Shown here: positions 50,310-62,165 of the stretch, in pieces
Numbering within the stretch: position 1 is the stretch's first letter
How the letters are laid out: every line of letters begins with the position of its first letter
Source of the DNA: Geosiphon pyriformis uo1
Lineage: Eukaryota; Fungi; Glomeromycota
Direction: 5' to 3'
Assembly (NCBI GenBank): GCA_016748015.1
Contig: JAAOMT010000657.1
Coordinates: 124,001 to 188,000, forward strand
DNA: 64,000 bases
Position numbers and translations under genes: made by a program
Notes under the pieces: model-generated
Database searches by the model: none
Told to the model about the DNA's origin: nothing
Seen by the model: only the letters and a program-made list of their open reading frames with translations

Positions 50310-52459
50310 TTACAAAGTTTGAATATTATATAATTTGTCTAATTCTTCAAAAATATTATCTGGAATTTTTCTATGAGATTTATACTTTTTTATAGCATAT
50401 TCTACTAATTTTCTACTAAGACTTTTTCTATAAAGATTCATATAACACCAACATTTTCTTGAAAATTGTCTAATAGTTATTAAAAATACTGATTCAAAAC
50501 TTTTAGGCACTGTTTTTTGTAATTTTTTCCATGAATAATCGCATTTGTTACATGCATATCTTTTAGCAACTCCCTAATATCTTTCAATAAAATTTAATTT
50601 GCAATGAAATTTTGGAAAAAAAATGCACTTATGTCCCATACTTTCAATTAATTCTTCAATTGCATTTTTTTGAGCAAGAAAATTGAATTCCAAAGATATT
50701 ACTTGATGTGCACAACAAAAAACTCTTGAAGAATCTTTGATTTTTTCTTTGCATTTTTGGCATTCTAATACTAATCCTTTTGATGGCCATTTTCCTTATT
50801 CTATTAATACTTGTTTAATTCTTTTAGGCAATCCTTGAAGTTTTTTGTCTGAATATGTTTCTGAGAAAATCATCAATTGTAATTGATTATCTAATCCAAA
50901 AGAAGTATCTTGCATCAATAATTGCTTTTCACCTGGACTTAAATTCATTCTGTTTGCAATTAAAGCATCTTTACTAAATACTGCATGATTAGAGCTATTA
51001 TCAAAAGCAAATACAGCTGTACAGTTCGGATATAATTTCTCAAAAATTGGAATTGCTTTATATTTAATTTGTTTAAGAAGATGGTCTACTGTCCAATAAC
51101 CATCTTGATTTATACCAAGTTGCAAATAGCATCATGCCTTTTCCAGTATATTAAAATTGTTTTCTATATCATTTTGTTGTAAATGTAAATGTCCATCAAT
51201 TTCAGTTAGAAATTCACTGATCATGATTGATCTTCTATTTTCTTTTTTTCTTAGTAGCAAATTTCCATGTTCAGCCCATATACCATGCTTGCCATCATTT
51301 AAATAAAAAATGCATTCATCATGGATTACAAAAACTCTTTTTTTCTTTCTATTAAGTAAGTTAGGACATATTCGATCCATAAATTCATCTTCATACTTTA
51401 ACATATATTTTTCATGCTCAAATATTTTTTCTAAAAATTCTTTTCGAGATTGCAAAACATCATTTCTTTCATGTCCATTATAATATAAGCCTTGATGATG
51501 TTGTTGGAATAAATAACCAAGAATTTTGAGCCATCTTATTGTAGTTATAAGACTAATAGTTTTTTCTTTCATTATTCCAATATTAGGAAACAATTCATGC
51601 TTGATGAATTTTTTAAATGTGGCTGAAGTGGCATTGAAGTTTTGGTTTCTAATCCAAATATGACATCTTTCCGCAATGTTTTCATCATCAATTATTCTAA
51701 TCATTTTTTGGTGTTTTCCATGTTTTGATGTTGGAAACTTATTATTAAGCAACCAATACTTTGCAAAATATCGAATTCTTCATGCTTTCCATATACTATC
51801 ATCAATAAAAATCTTCTGGGCAATTTTCAAACTGGCATTAATTTTTCCATGTCCATTATTATCATTTAACAAGGTAAGATATTCAAAAATAGTTCTTTTT
51901 TGATTATATTCAAAGACAGTTAACTAAGCATATTGTTTTTCTAAATGTTCTTTTAACTCTTGCCCTTTTTTTATTTGATTAGCATATGGATCAACCTTAC
52001 TTTCTGAATTGTTTAAAGATTCATTAGATTCAGACCATTGTAAGTCTGTAGTTTGAGCATCACTAATATTAAAAAAAGTGGTAATTTTTTTAGTTCCAGC
52101 TGTTGCTTTGGTGAATAAACCATTTAGTCCATATTTACCATAATAGGTTGACTTTGGTATCTTTTTTGTCATGTAAGAGCCTCACTTCTTTTTTTTAGAT
52201 AATTGTTGTTTTTCTATACTAAACTGAGTTTTTTTAATTTTGTATTTATTCTAATTGTGGCTTCCATATCTTCTGTATTATCTCATCCACTGTTATTATC
52301 GTCACTTCACTCTTTATTACTAACATCCAGTCTGTTAAATTTATTTACTTCAATATTATAATCATTTATTGAAGTGGTATGATGTGTTTTTTTATATGAT
52401 TCTTTTGCATTTCTAACTTGATCTTTAGCTTTTCTTTTTCTTTTAGAATAAAGTGGCAT
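50310..52459 (-). pseudogene. DDE transposase of IS630/Tc1 type (fungal long-spacer form)
   Basis: Motifs YYNGHERNDV, VIHDECIF, DGYW, FAFDNSSNH, GHKCIFFPKFHCKLNFIERY(W); putative ATG 52459 (MPLYSKRKRK); several stops and a frameshift. Confidence 0.88.
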
Positions 52460-52849
52460 TTTTTTATGTGATGTGATATTAATTTAGTGTGTAATTGGAA
52501 TTAAAGAATTTGAACCATGTAATGTTGTACAACAAAATTGTATCACAATAGAAATGGGGTTTTTAACTCAGGTATATATCTATTCTTTAAATCTCTTTGG
52601 TTCCAATTTAAACTTTAATTTCTATTTTGTAGTTCTGGATAAGAAGCAATCAAAAAAAGCTCCTTTGGCATTCATCAAAAAAAATTTTTTATTGGGATTG
52701 GGGAGATCATCTGAGCCGAAAATTCAGGTAACATTAATAAAAATAGTTATCACAAAAACCTCTTTAATTTATGACAAGAAATTTGGGCAAAAAAGTCTAA
52801 TATTGACAATTAAACAACCAACTCAAAAGAAACCCGATTTTCAAATTGA

Positions 52850-54595
52850 AGCCAATTTTTCAGAGCTGATGAAAGATTTATTGCAAATGATTGTTGATCA
52901 AAAGATAGTAGGTAAAGATATTTGAGATAGATTTTAATTTTAGTATTACAGCCTAGTTGTGACCTCTCATTTTCATATTCAGTGATTGACAATATGCCAA
53001 ATTATTTATGGATTTACTGTCTAAAGAAAAATATCCAGAATATTATAATGTGATTAAAAAGCCAAGATCCTTAAACATAATTGAAGTTGGTACTATGCAT
53101 TTCTTTTCCATTGGTCACTTAATACTTGACATATGTTTTCTATATCACATTAGTGGAAAATTTGAAAAGAATATCATCCATTTATGAATTTAATTAGGAC
53201 TTGCAATTGATTTCGAAAATGTCATGTATTTTAATAATGATTCACACATTTTCAAAAATGCCAAATTCTTACAAGTGAGAAGTTTATTAGGTCTTTACAA
53301 AAAAATCTGGGTTTTATCTACTTGAACTAATATGTTTCATACATTTTTTGCATCAAAACAAACTTGTTAAAAAATGTACAACACTAACAAAAAAGAACTA
53401 TTCAAAATTATGGGCTTTAAGACAACTTCAGTTTTCCCAATTAAGGTAAAGCCAAAGATCTTTCAATTCCAATCTGATTCCCCTAAATTAACACCAACTG
53501 ATATAAGTTTTTTGATTACTGTAATAAGCTATTATATATCACATTCTAATAAGTTGTTGAAATATTTAACAATTGAAATTCTTTTTACAGCCTAAGAAAC
53601 CAATTCTAAAACTAGATCATGATTCAGTCGAATACATGATAGGTATTTTAGTTATTATATTTCTCTTTGGTATAATTCATCATTCAAATATTAAATTTAA
53701 CCAGAAATCTTTATTACAGAGGATTTCATATATCTCTTAGATCCAAGCAATTCTTTGAAACACAACATTATAGTTATTGAAAAGTTATTTGTGAATTCAA
53801 AGTAAGTATTCACATTATAATAAAAATAATACTGGTCAAAATTTTCAAAGTTGCTTACTGTTTTTTACCTCTCATAGATTGCAAAAATGATTTGTGGGTT
53901 CTTTTTTTTTCAGATCTGATCAAGTTAATTTTTAATTATGAATACTACTCTTATGCTTTACATTTTTAAGCTTTTAATCATTTTTTTCATCAGATGGAAC
54001 ACAATTTATTCTTAAAATTTTATGAAAAAGAAGTGTTCAAAACATCAGTCATTGAAGAACATATGTTATGTATATGATGCTACAAAAAAAAATAAGCCAT
54101 CTATAATTTACCACAGAGTCTATTTATTAAAAAATTAATTGCATTAATTTTTTTTATAAATTTTGAGCTGCACTCTTGCTTCAAGGTATAGGAGTTGGGG
54201 CAAGTGATCAATCTTTTGCAATGTCTCTTAATACTAAACATTTTGCCCACAGTATTACTCTTGGGCTGACAGCCAATTACATCACAGTCATTCTAATTCT
54301 TGCCTCAAATCTGCTGCTCCCAGCACCAAAGCCAGTTGTTCTTAATGTTTATTGAGAAAGACGCAAGGTCACAAATAGAGCACGAATAACATTCCCAAAT
54401 TCTTTGACAATCACTCATAGTACTTTTATGATTTCTTTGATGCCTAGTGTGAACAATATTGATATCTGGGTTTCTGTCCCAATAATAACAACCGAATATG
54501 GTGGTGGTGTGAATGAAATATTCATGGTTAATGGTGCCATGTCACCAGTAGAAGACATGCAGACTAAAAGATACTATATCTTTATAAAAAAGTGA
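52850..54595 (+). pseudogene. Intron-containing remnant of a bromodomain + BAH chromatin-reader gene (Rsc1/Rsc2/polybromo-like) inside the transposon
   Basis: Exon translations: YAKLFMDLLSKEKYPEYYNVIKKPRSLNIIE (52993-53085), FENVMYFNNDSHIFKNAKFLQ (to 53274), EDFIYLLDPSNSLKHNIIVIEKLFVNS, QK*FVGSFFFRSDQ, MEHNLFLKFYEKEVFKTS; GT-AG introns, e.g. 53802-53877; last exon ..LMPSVNNIDIWV..QTKRYYIFIKK*. Confidence 0.75.
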
Positions 54596-57489
54596 CCATC
54601 TAAAAATTAATATTAATATTAATTGAAAACCTTTCTGAAAATGATAATACTTTGATGATTTATCACGTGGTAATGTGACTTTAATGATTGCTAATTGGCT
54701 AAAATCTGATTGATCAGCATCTGAAAATTAAAGATTAATAATAAAAGTGGCTAATTTTAAACTTTAATAACTTTATAAAATATATTATAATTCAAAAAAT
54801 TAAACTGTAAATGTGAAATAAAAAAACTTAATCTATCATATTTACAGTTTAGTTTTTTAATATTATTAAAATTGGAAGACTAGATACAATTTAAAATTAT
54901 ATAAATTGTTTGATGACTATAAATGATCTGTACCATAAAAGCCCAAAAGTATTTAATAATAGGCCAGTTAACAAGCTGGTATTTTTCTCTATAGCTTCAA
55001 TATCTGGTGTTTCTAGCATTTTCTCTTTAAAAAAAATAGTTAAAAAGACCAAAAGTTTAGAAAAGTAAGAACAATTACTTGCCTTTGCTATTGTTACACC
55101 AAACTTTTTTGTGGTTCCAAATAAGATCTTAAATAAGATCTCTGTTACATTATCTAATATGTTATCTAAGATGAGCCAAGATTAACCACTGGTTGTGTTG
55201 TCAAATGTGATGTCTTTTGGCAGATCATCACCAGTTTTAGAAGCAAAACAATCATTTCCTGTGGTGTTATCTGTGCTTGAGAACTGGGCTGACCAAATAG
55301 AAACTGAATCATCATCTTCTTTGGTTTCTGGTGCTGCCATTGGTGGTGCTTAAGAAACTATTACTAGTTGTCAAAGATTTGCTAAGTAAATAGTCTTTAC
55401 TCTAGTGTCTGGTGCTACTTTCAAGATTAAATTGGCTTATGTTAAGACTGTTTTTTAGTCTATACATGGTTTTTTGGGTGCAAAATCTGTTTCTAAGAAT
55501 AATGTGAAATTTTTTTATATTGAGTTTGTCTCTCAAAGTTCTTTGGATACTGCATTTTTGGTTGAACTTACAAGCTTTGTTTGTTTTGCCACTTTTAAAA
55601 TTGTCAAGTCTTTAGTAGTTTCTGAGTTTGGTTCTTTTTTTGCTGCTATTGCACTATGTAATGTGCTTTTGAGTGTGTCTGCTGCTGATATTAAGTCAGT
55701 TTTTGGGATTTTTGGTGAAGTTTCTCATGTTATGCTGAAGCCTATTGGTGTTTGGCAATATATGATTGTTTATTTTAAAGAATTGAATGCTGCTGCTTCT
55801 GCTCTTACTCACTGGTCAATTTTGGTGGGCAAAGATAGTGTTCATATTCTTCTCATTATTAATCAAAATGAGACAATTTTGTTTCATAATTGGTTCAAGA
55901 CCAAGTTGGTCAATCTTTTTTCTGGCTGTACTGTCTTTGAGATTAGTAATATAATCTCTCAGGTTGGTGGCCAGACTTGTTTTATTCTTTGTTCACCTGA
56001 TTCTGGTTGTCATTTCCAGTTTGCTTTGGTTACATTTGGTTTCCAAGTTAATTTGAACTCTGCAGTTGTCAAAACTGGTATCTTGAAGAAATGCTGCATT
56101 TGATAAGAAACTTCTGGCTATTGGCACTGCTTTAGGTGTCAAAAAGTAGGCCATTTGGCTGTAAACTGCAAAGTTACTTCACTTTCACTTTTCAAGGCTT
56201 TCAAAGTGTTTAAACCATATTTTGTGAGTGGTATTTTTTATGCAAAGGCTTTTGCTTTTCTGGTTTCTTCTAAGTTTTCTCTCTTAACAGCTTCTATTTC
56301 TCTTTCTATGATTATTGGTAATTTCTTGATGTCTTCTCAATTGACTTCTTTGAAGTCTGATTTGGTCAAGCTTTCTGTTTTGGTTAAGTCTATTGTTAAA
56401 CCAATTGGTTCTTTAGCCAAATTGTTCAAACAGTTTATTAATAAAAATTTGGTCTCAAGCAGTAAGCTTGACCTTAAAGTCAATAAAGTTATAGTACATA
56501 TAGGTTTCTTTAGTAAAATTGTTAGTAAGTTGGAGAGAGAAGTGGTTTTTTTAAAAAAAAAAGTGCTGCATGAAGGATATTGATATGTCTAATAATTCAG
56601 AGCACTCAGTTGGTTTGAATAATGAGGTGTTTTTTAACTTGATGTCCCTTTGGAAACATGAATCTATTGATGTTAAAGCTAATGCCTTGAAGACAGCCAA
56701 ATGGCTAGTTAAATTAGTTTCTTGTAGTACTACTTTGTTTTTTGTCATTTAAAAGATATCATCTTTGGATAAGTTTTTTTTTGGTGCATCAATATAATAT
56801 AGTCTGAGTTGGCTCAAGTAATTAGTTATATGTAGAAAGTGCATGAGCCATATCTAATTTAAGACTCTATGTGGTCATATTGTATTAGTTAATGATTGAA
56901 TCTTGTTTGTTAAACTTAAAAAAATTAAAAATTAAAAAACTTTGTAAAAAGTTGTAAGTATATTATAAATTTTTTTTTTATATTGCTTTTAAATAAATAG
57001 CTTAGTAAAATATTTAAATAGAAAACTAAATAAAACTCTAACCAAAACCAGTAAAAAAACAAATTTATAAAACAAAATACTATTTTTAGCTTTGTTTATT
57101 TATAAAACTGTAAATTATAACATAACAAATTATAACTTTTTTTATTTGTTCTATAAAAAAATAATAATTATATTAATAAAAATTAATATTAAAACAATAT
57201 TATTTAAAAAACAACAAAAAAAATACAAAAATATCTTATAAAAAAAACTTGATATAATTTTTAAATTTCTTAATAAAAACACAAATAATTGTTTTTAAAA
57301 AGATAAAACAGTTTTAAAAATAATTTAAGAAAAAAAAACATATTAAACTTTTATTTTTTATTATTATTATTATTTAACGAATGAGATCTAAACACTACCT
57401 AGAACTATACATCAAAGAAATGATCTAAACTAGGCATGAATTATGCATTTTCTACACGTGACCAGCGACTCGAGCCAGTCAGGACAACA

Positions 57490-60400
57490 CTACACAATTA
57501 TATTAACTAAAACTGGGTTACCAATATCTGAAAAAAAAGAACAAGATTTGCGAAAACCAAAACGGACGCCAAAAGCTTCAGTAACACCAAGCAGCTTAAC
57601 CATGTCATCCGAGAATCTTGATGCCAAACCAGAAAGTGAGATGGGAACCGAGCCATCCACCAGGATCAGGTCATTCTTTTCCATGTATGCATGATGCTTA
57701 GCATGGACCAACCAAATGTCATCCCTGAAAGCAACACAAATAGAGTGCACAAAATCAGCAGTTTTAATGCCAGCAATTTTGGGATCACAGAAGATGGAAA
57801 CAGCCTCCTAAAGCCATCCTTTGAAAACAAAATTCTTGCAAAGAGCCGAGAACACCAGAAAATCCAAAGCACAGGTCGACAGCAGCTGTAAAATGCTTGA
57901 AGAAGAGAAAGAGAGACCAGAAAGCACCATCCAAAAAGACATACAGGATTCCAAAACCTGACGACAAGCTGCATCATCAATTATACAAGAAAACACGTGA
58001 TCAGACACCTCCACCTCACCACAATACAGACATAAAACACTAGAGTAACATTTATCATAAATGCGCTTTTGAACAGCCACGGGAAGCCGACGGTGCAAAG
58101 CCTTCATGAGGTAAGTACAAATATCAGCAGTGTGCCTGCTGGTGAAACCAGTTGCCATATGCAAATCAGGGTGCCAAACTCTGGAAAAGGCAAGCCAATT
58201 GACATTCGAGTGCAAATCACCAGCTAGAAACCCAGAACTGGAACCGACCTTCCAGCGTGCCCAACAGACAGCACAAAAAACATCTCAAACAAAATGTCTA
58301 GAATTACCAAAAACAATACCACCGTCTGCCAACAAAAAATGTTCATCCACACGAGAAGGGAAAAGCCAAACAAAGAAAGCTGTAGTATCAGCGAAGCTAT
58401 TGGCACAATCATTTCCCAACACACCAGAGTGGCCTTTAATCTTGTGCCAGCTAACCCTCAAATTTTTCCTATGGATAATATTCCTAATATGCCAGTGCTC
58501 AACCCAACACCAATTACGAAAGTCAAGATACATCAAGTTCACTTCCGACTTGCAAGCATCTAAAGCTGCCTGGCTATCTGAAAACAGGCAAACAGAACAA
58601 TCTACAGGCATGCACTTCAGAGCCAACACTACAGCTTGCAACTCTACCAAAATAAATGACATCAAACCCTGAACACAGACACCCAAACCCAAGTTAATGT
58701 CCTCAAAAAAGGCAGCAGCCCCAGCCCTACAACCAGCCATGCCCAAATTTTTCACTGACCCATCTGTATACACAGACAAACTATCAGTGCTAACCCGAAA
58801 AAGATAATCACATACAGACACAAAATCATCAGAACCACAAATATCCATAGGGCCAACACCACCTGAAGCCAAAGAAAAGGAAGACGCACCATTGAGAAAT
58901 ACAACAGAGCGCTTAAACCACTTAGGAACTGGGCCACAAGGATCCAGTTTCTTCTACCACTTAAAGGTGTACCAATCAAAGATACCCCCACGATAATCCC
59001 GAAGCTGATCTACAAAGGCAATGCCATAATGCTGGAGAGAAGGCAAGTACTTGAAAAACAAGGATTTACTCAGAACAGCAGATATGGACACCCCATCACG
59101 AAACCAAAAAGAGCTAGCCAAAGAGCCACCTAAAGACAAATTGCACCTAAGAAGAATGCGTACCATTCCTGACAAAAAATTATTGGAAACACTAACACGG
59201 ATACAAGCTGATGAACTCAATGGATGAACGGGGTGCCAACACAGAACTTGCAAGTCATAAGACCTGTGACTAAACAATTAACCCAGAACCCTGCAAGAGT
59301 TTGCAAAACTAATAAGTAAAGCAACCTTGCTTTCAGACTGACATTGTGAGAAGGACTTCAAACCATAAAAAGAAGAATGATGAATCATGTCACTAGGAAA
59401 ATTGAGAGGAAGACCAGATTTAAGTTTCAAACTCTTACAAATCAGAGCATTCCACTTGTTGCACACACTAACAAGGATAAAGCTGAACTGCGTTCTGTAG
59501 CTGACTATAGGATGGAGAACTGCCAACACCAGATACAAGAACTGCTTATCTGAAACCATTTTTTTTAGAACCAAATTGCTGAAAAAATGAACATCCGAAT
59601 GTGCCTTAGCCAAACTAGGCTTAGAAAGACCATCAGATGAGAGAAAGATACCAAGATACTGATGAGATTTGCCTTTTTTGGCTATAAAAATGGGTGAACC
59701 ACTGATAAAAAGAGATGAATTGCTGATCCTGCTATTAATAGGAATGACCACAGTTTTGTCATTGTTGATTGAAATGTCATTAATTTGTAAAAATTCACTA
59801 GCAACATTGAGAATATGTTGAGTAGCAGTCTGACTGCTGCCAACTTAAAGTGTGTTATCAACAAAGGCCCCAGCAGCGAAAAAAGTAGAAAACCCAGCTC
59901 AAGATTCAGCACAACCATTCCTAGAGACAAAATGAGAATTGAGTCTATACCCGCACACACTCTTCTGATACTTGATCTCACACAAAAGAGGATCATAAAA
60001 TATGTGCCAAAGAAGAAGGGAAAAAACTTCTCCTTGGTTCAACCCATTATGTACACTATAACCATTAGTTAAACTGAAATTCATCATAACCCGATTGGTC
60101 CGATTTCTATGAATATTACCGAAAAAATGAATAAACTTGCTACACATTTTGATCCTGACCAAACACTTCTCGAGATGCTCTCATTTAACAGAGTCATACG
60201 TTTTTCACATATCTTGCAGTACCAGCCAGAGCTTCCAGTTCTTCTCCAAAGCATTCTCAACAACTAAACCAATAGCAAAAATAGGAGTTTGGGTAGTCGT
60301 ACTCTTCAAAACTGAAAAATTATCTCCATGAAGAATGTTATGAGCACTGCACGCCAGTAATATCCTGTTAGAGAGAATCTTGGAGAGAATCTTGTGAGCC

Positions 60401-62165
60401 GTCTCGATCAAGGCTATAGGTCTGGTATTTGTGAGAACACCTTCCCATTCATATGGTTTAGAGATCATCAAAATTCAAGCTTCCCTCCAAAAACCAGACA
60501 CAGACTCATGAGACAGACAAAAATTCAGAAGCACCAAGAGCATATCCAGAACAGACCTATTACTATGCATCCACAGCTCATTTGAAATACCCAAAAGACC
60601 AGCAGCTTTGCCAACAGGCAAATCAGAAACCACGCCAAACAATTCCAAAAACTCAATTGGCTGCATTATACCAGAAAAAGCCTCATCAAAAATGTAATCC
60701 AATGGCCAATACTGATGGTGCCACACATCAGGGACATTGGGAACCACCCTATGCTTCCTAGTCCATCCTTCTATGATTTCATCCACCCTTGATCTCACAA
60801 GACTAAGTTCTATAACCAGCTTATTGTCCACAACTAAGTGATCTAAGACGACCTTATGGGAAGAGCACTTCAGAATGCTCCGAATAGTGTGACTTTTGTT
60901 CAGCTTAAAACTTTCCATCCTCTTATAGATTGCTTGATTTGAGATTCCTCTACATGCTTCAATTCTGCCATTTTAAGTAAGCAATAAGTTTTTCTGATTT
61001 TAGAAAGAGCTGACCAAACAGTATTAAGAGGTGAGCTGGAAAGAAAAAGAGACCTGACCACAGAAGTGTTATCATTATCAAGAAAACCCCAGACCTCCAA
61101 CAGTGAAATGAATTCATCATGACAAATTGACCAAAAAGCTTTAACCAGCTTTGATATCAAAAGTTCTAACTTATGAAATTTGGATGATTCCTTAGTGAAG
61201 ACACTATCATAGTCCTTAAACTATTTTTTCTTGAACACCTTATTAGCTAAAAGAACCATTATCTTGCAAACAATGTTCCACATTGCATCCAAATCTGAAA
61301 ATTGCTGGGAGGCAATAAAATCATCAAAGAACATGATGGCATTAGCTGTTATAGCACCCTTAAACTTGTTCCATTTCACATCATCAGCATCCTTAAAATT
61401 AAACTTCCAATGATTTCTATTCACCTGTTTGTGAAAAGAGTTCAATTGCATGTCCAATAAACCACCTAAACCCAAAGACACAGAAACAGCCTGATGGTCC
61501 GTTTCGAAATGTTCACCAACATTTAAGACACTGCGGTGTACTATCACATTAACTAAATTTGAAGAAACTAACATGTAGTCAATTGTTTTTTTAATACTCC
61601 TAGAGTTTGCCCAAGTAGGCAATTTCACAGCCAGGCTTTCTACCAAAGAATTTGCCAAACCCAAATCAAAGCACTTCCTAAAACTTGCACATTTATGAAA
61701 ACCATCTTCATTGAAATCGCCACCAAGAACAATAAAAAAAGATTCATTGACAGTTTTTGCAATGAGAGAGTTGATCTCACCAGCCTAAGAGAACCAAACC
61801 ACTGGAGAAGCACCAGCATAAAGCCCCAGAATTGACACAGAAAGTTTATTTTTGAAAAGTAATTTAACAGACAAAAGCCAACCAGGCACTTCAGAAACTT
61901 TGCATACATGATGAGCCAAAGAAATGTTCATGATAACAGCAATATCCACACCCAAGTGACCAAAGTCTGAACCAGAAGTAAACACTCAGACATCATTAAA
62001 CTTATCTGCAATTCACGGACAAATCTTACTCCTTAATTTTGTTTCAGTAACAATAGAGACCAAATTGTTCATTTCCTTATGCCACCTAATAACGTCCTCC
62101 TACTTAGCAGGATTGTTCATGTCTCTAACATTGCACGTAGCAACTTTCCAGACCAAACTGCTTAT
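57490..62165 (-). pseudogene. LINE-B ORF2: APE - RT - RNase H - zinc finger
   Basis: KVATCNVR, TETKL, KTIDYMLV, ETDH; GKAAGLLGI, TRPIAL, LQDM, GLNQGEVFS, YLGIF; VYTDGS, ELQAVVLAL, FSDSQA, KIKGHSGVLGNDCAN; CLYCGEVEVSDHVFSC. Confidence 0.93.

Larger units (their letters stand above)
50126..54935 (-). mobile_element. IS630/Tc1/mariner-superfamily DNA transposon (4.8 kb) with ~27-bp TIRs, TA TSD and host-gene cargo
   Basis: Left end TGATGCAAACCATTTATAATTATCAAA vs reverse complement of right end TGGTACAGATCATTTATAGTCATCAAA (all mismatches are transitions); TA at 50124-50125 and 54936-54937; excision restores the H2 frame SIST|KSPKVF. Confidence 0.9.
49832..56930 (+). mobile_element. ORF1-only non-autonomous non-LTR element H2 with a LINE-B-type 3' tail, split by the Tc1-like element (parts ~49832-50125 and 54938-~56930)
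   Basis: ORF from ATG 49858 (MTTTRVKSKK..) to ~56797 aligns end to end with the H1 ORF (KRHT(W)VS, KSPK.FNNRPVNKLVF, WQY, KLVNL..GCT.FEIS, CFRCQKVGHLAVNC); no ORF2; tail 56798-~56915 matches the LINE-B 3' UTR; A-rich end; boundaries approximate. Confidence 0.82.
41023..57348 (+). pseudogene. Oldest Gy1 pol remnant (copy F) in three pieces: 41023-41245, 48953-~49835, ~56931-57348; host of copy E, H2 and LINE-B
   Basis: Extremely AT-rich but collinear with Gy1 RT-end/RH/IN; reading restored across the copy E TSD (YINI|SDFKL = HTDASGFGL). Confidence 0.8.

Noticed and set aside
52554-54595. An intact resident host RSC gene
   Set aside because: Contains stops and frameshifts, the BAH domain is incomplete, and it lies between transposon TIRs inserted in another TE.
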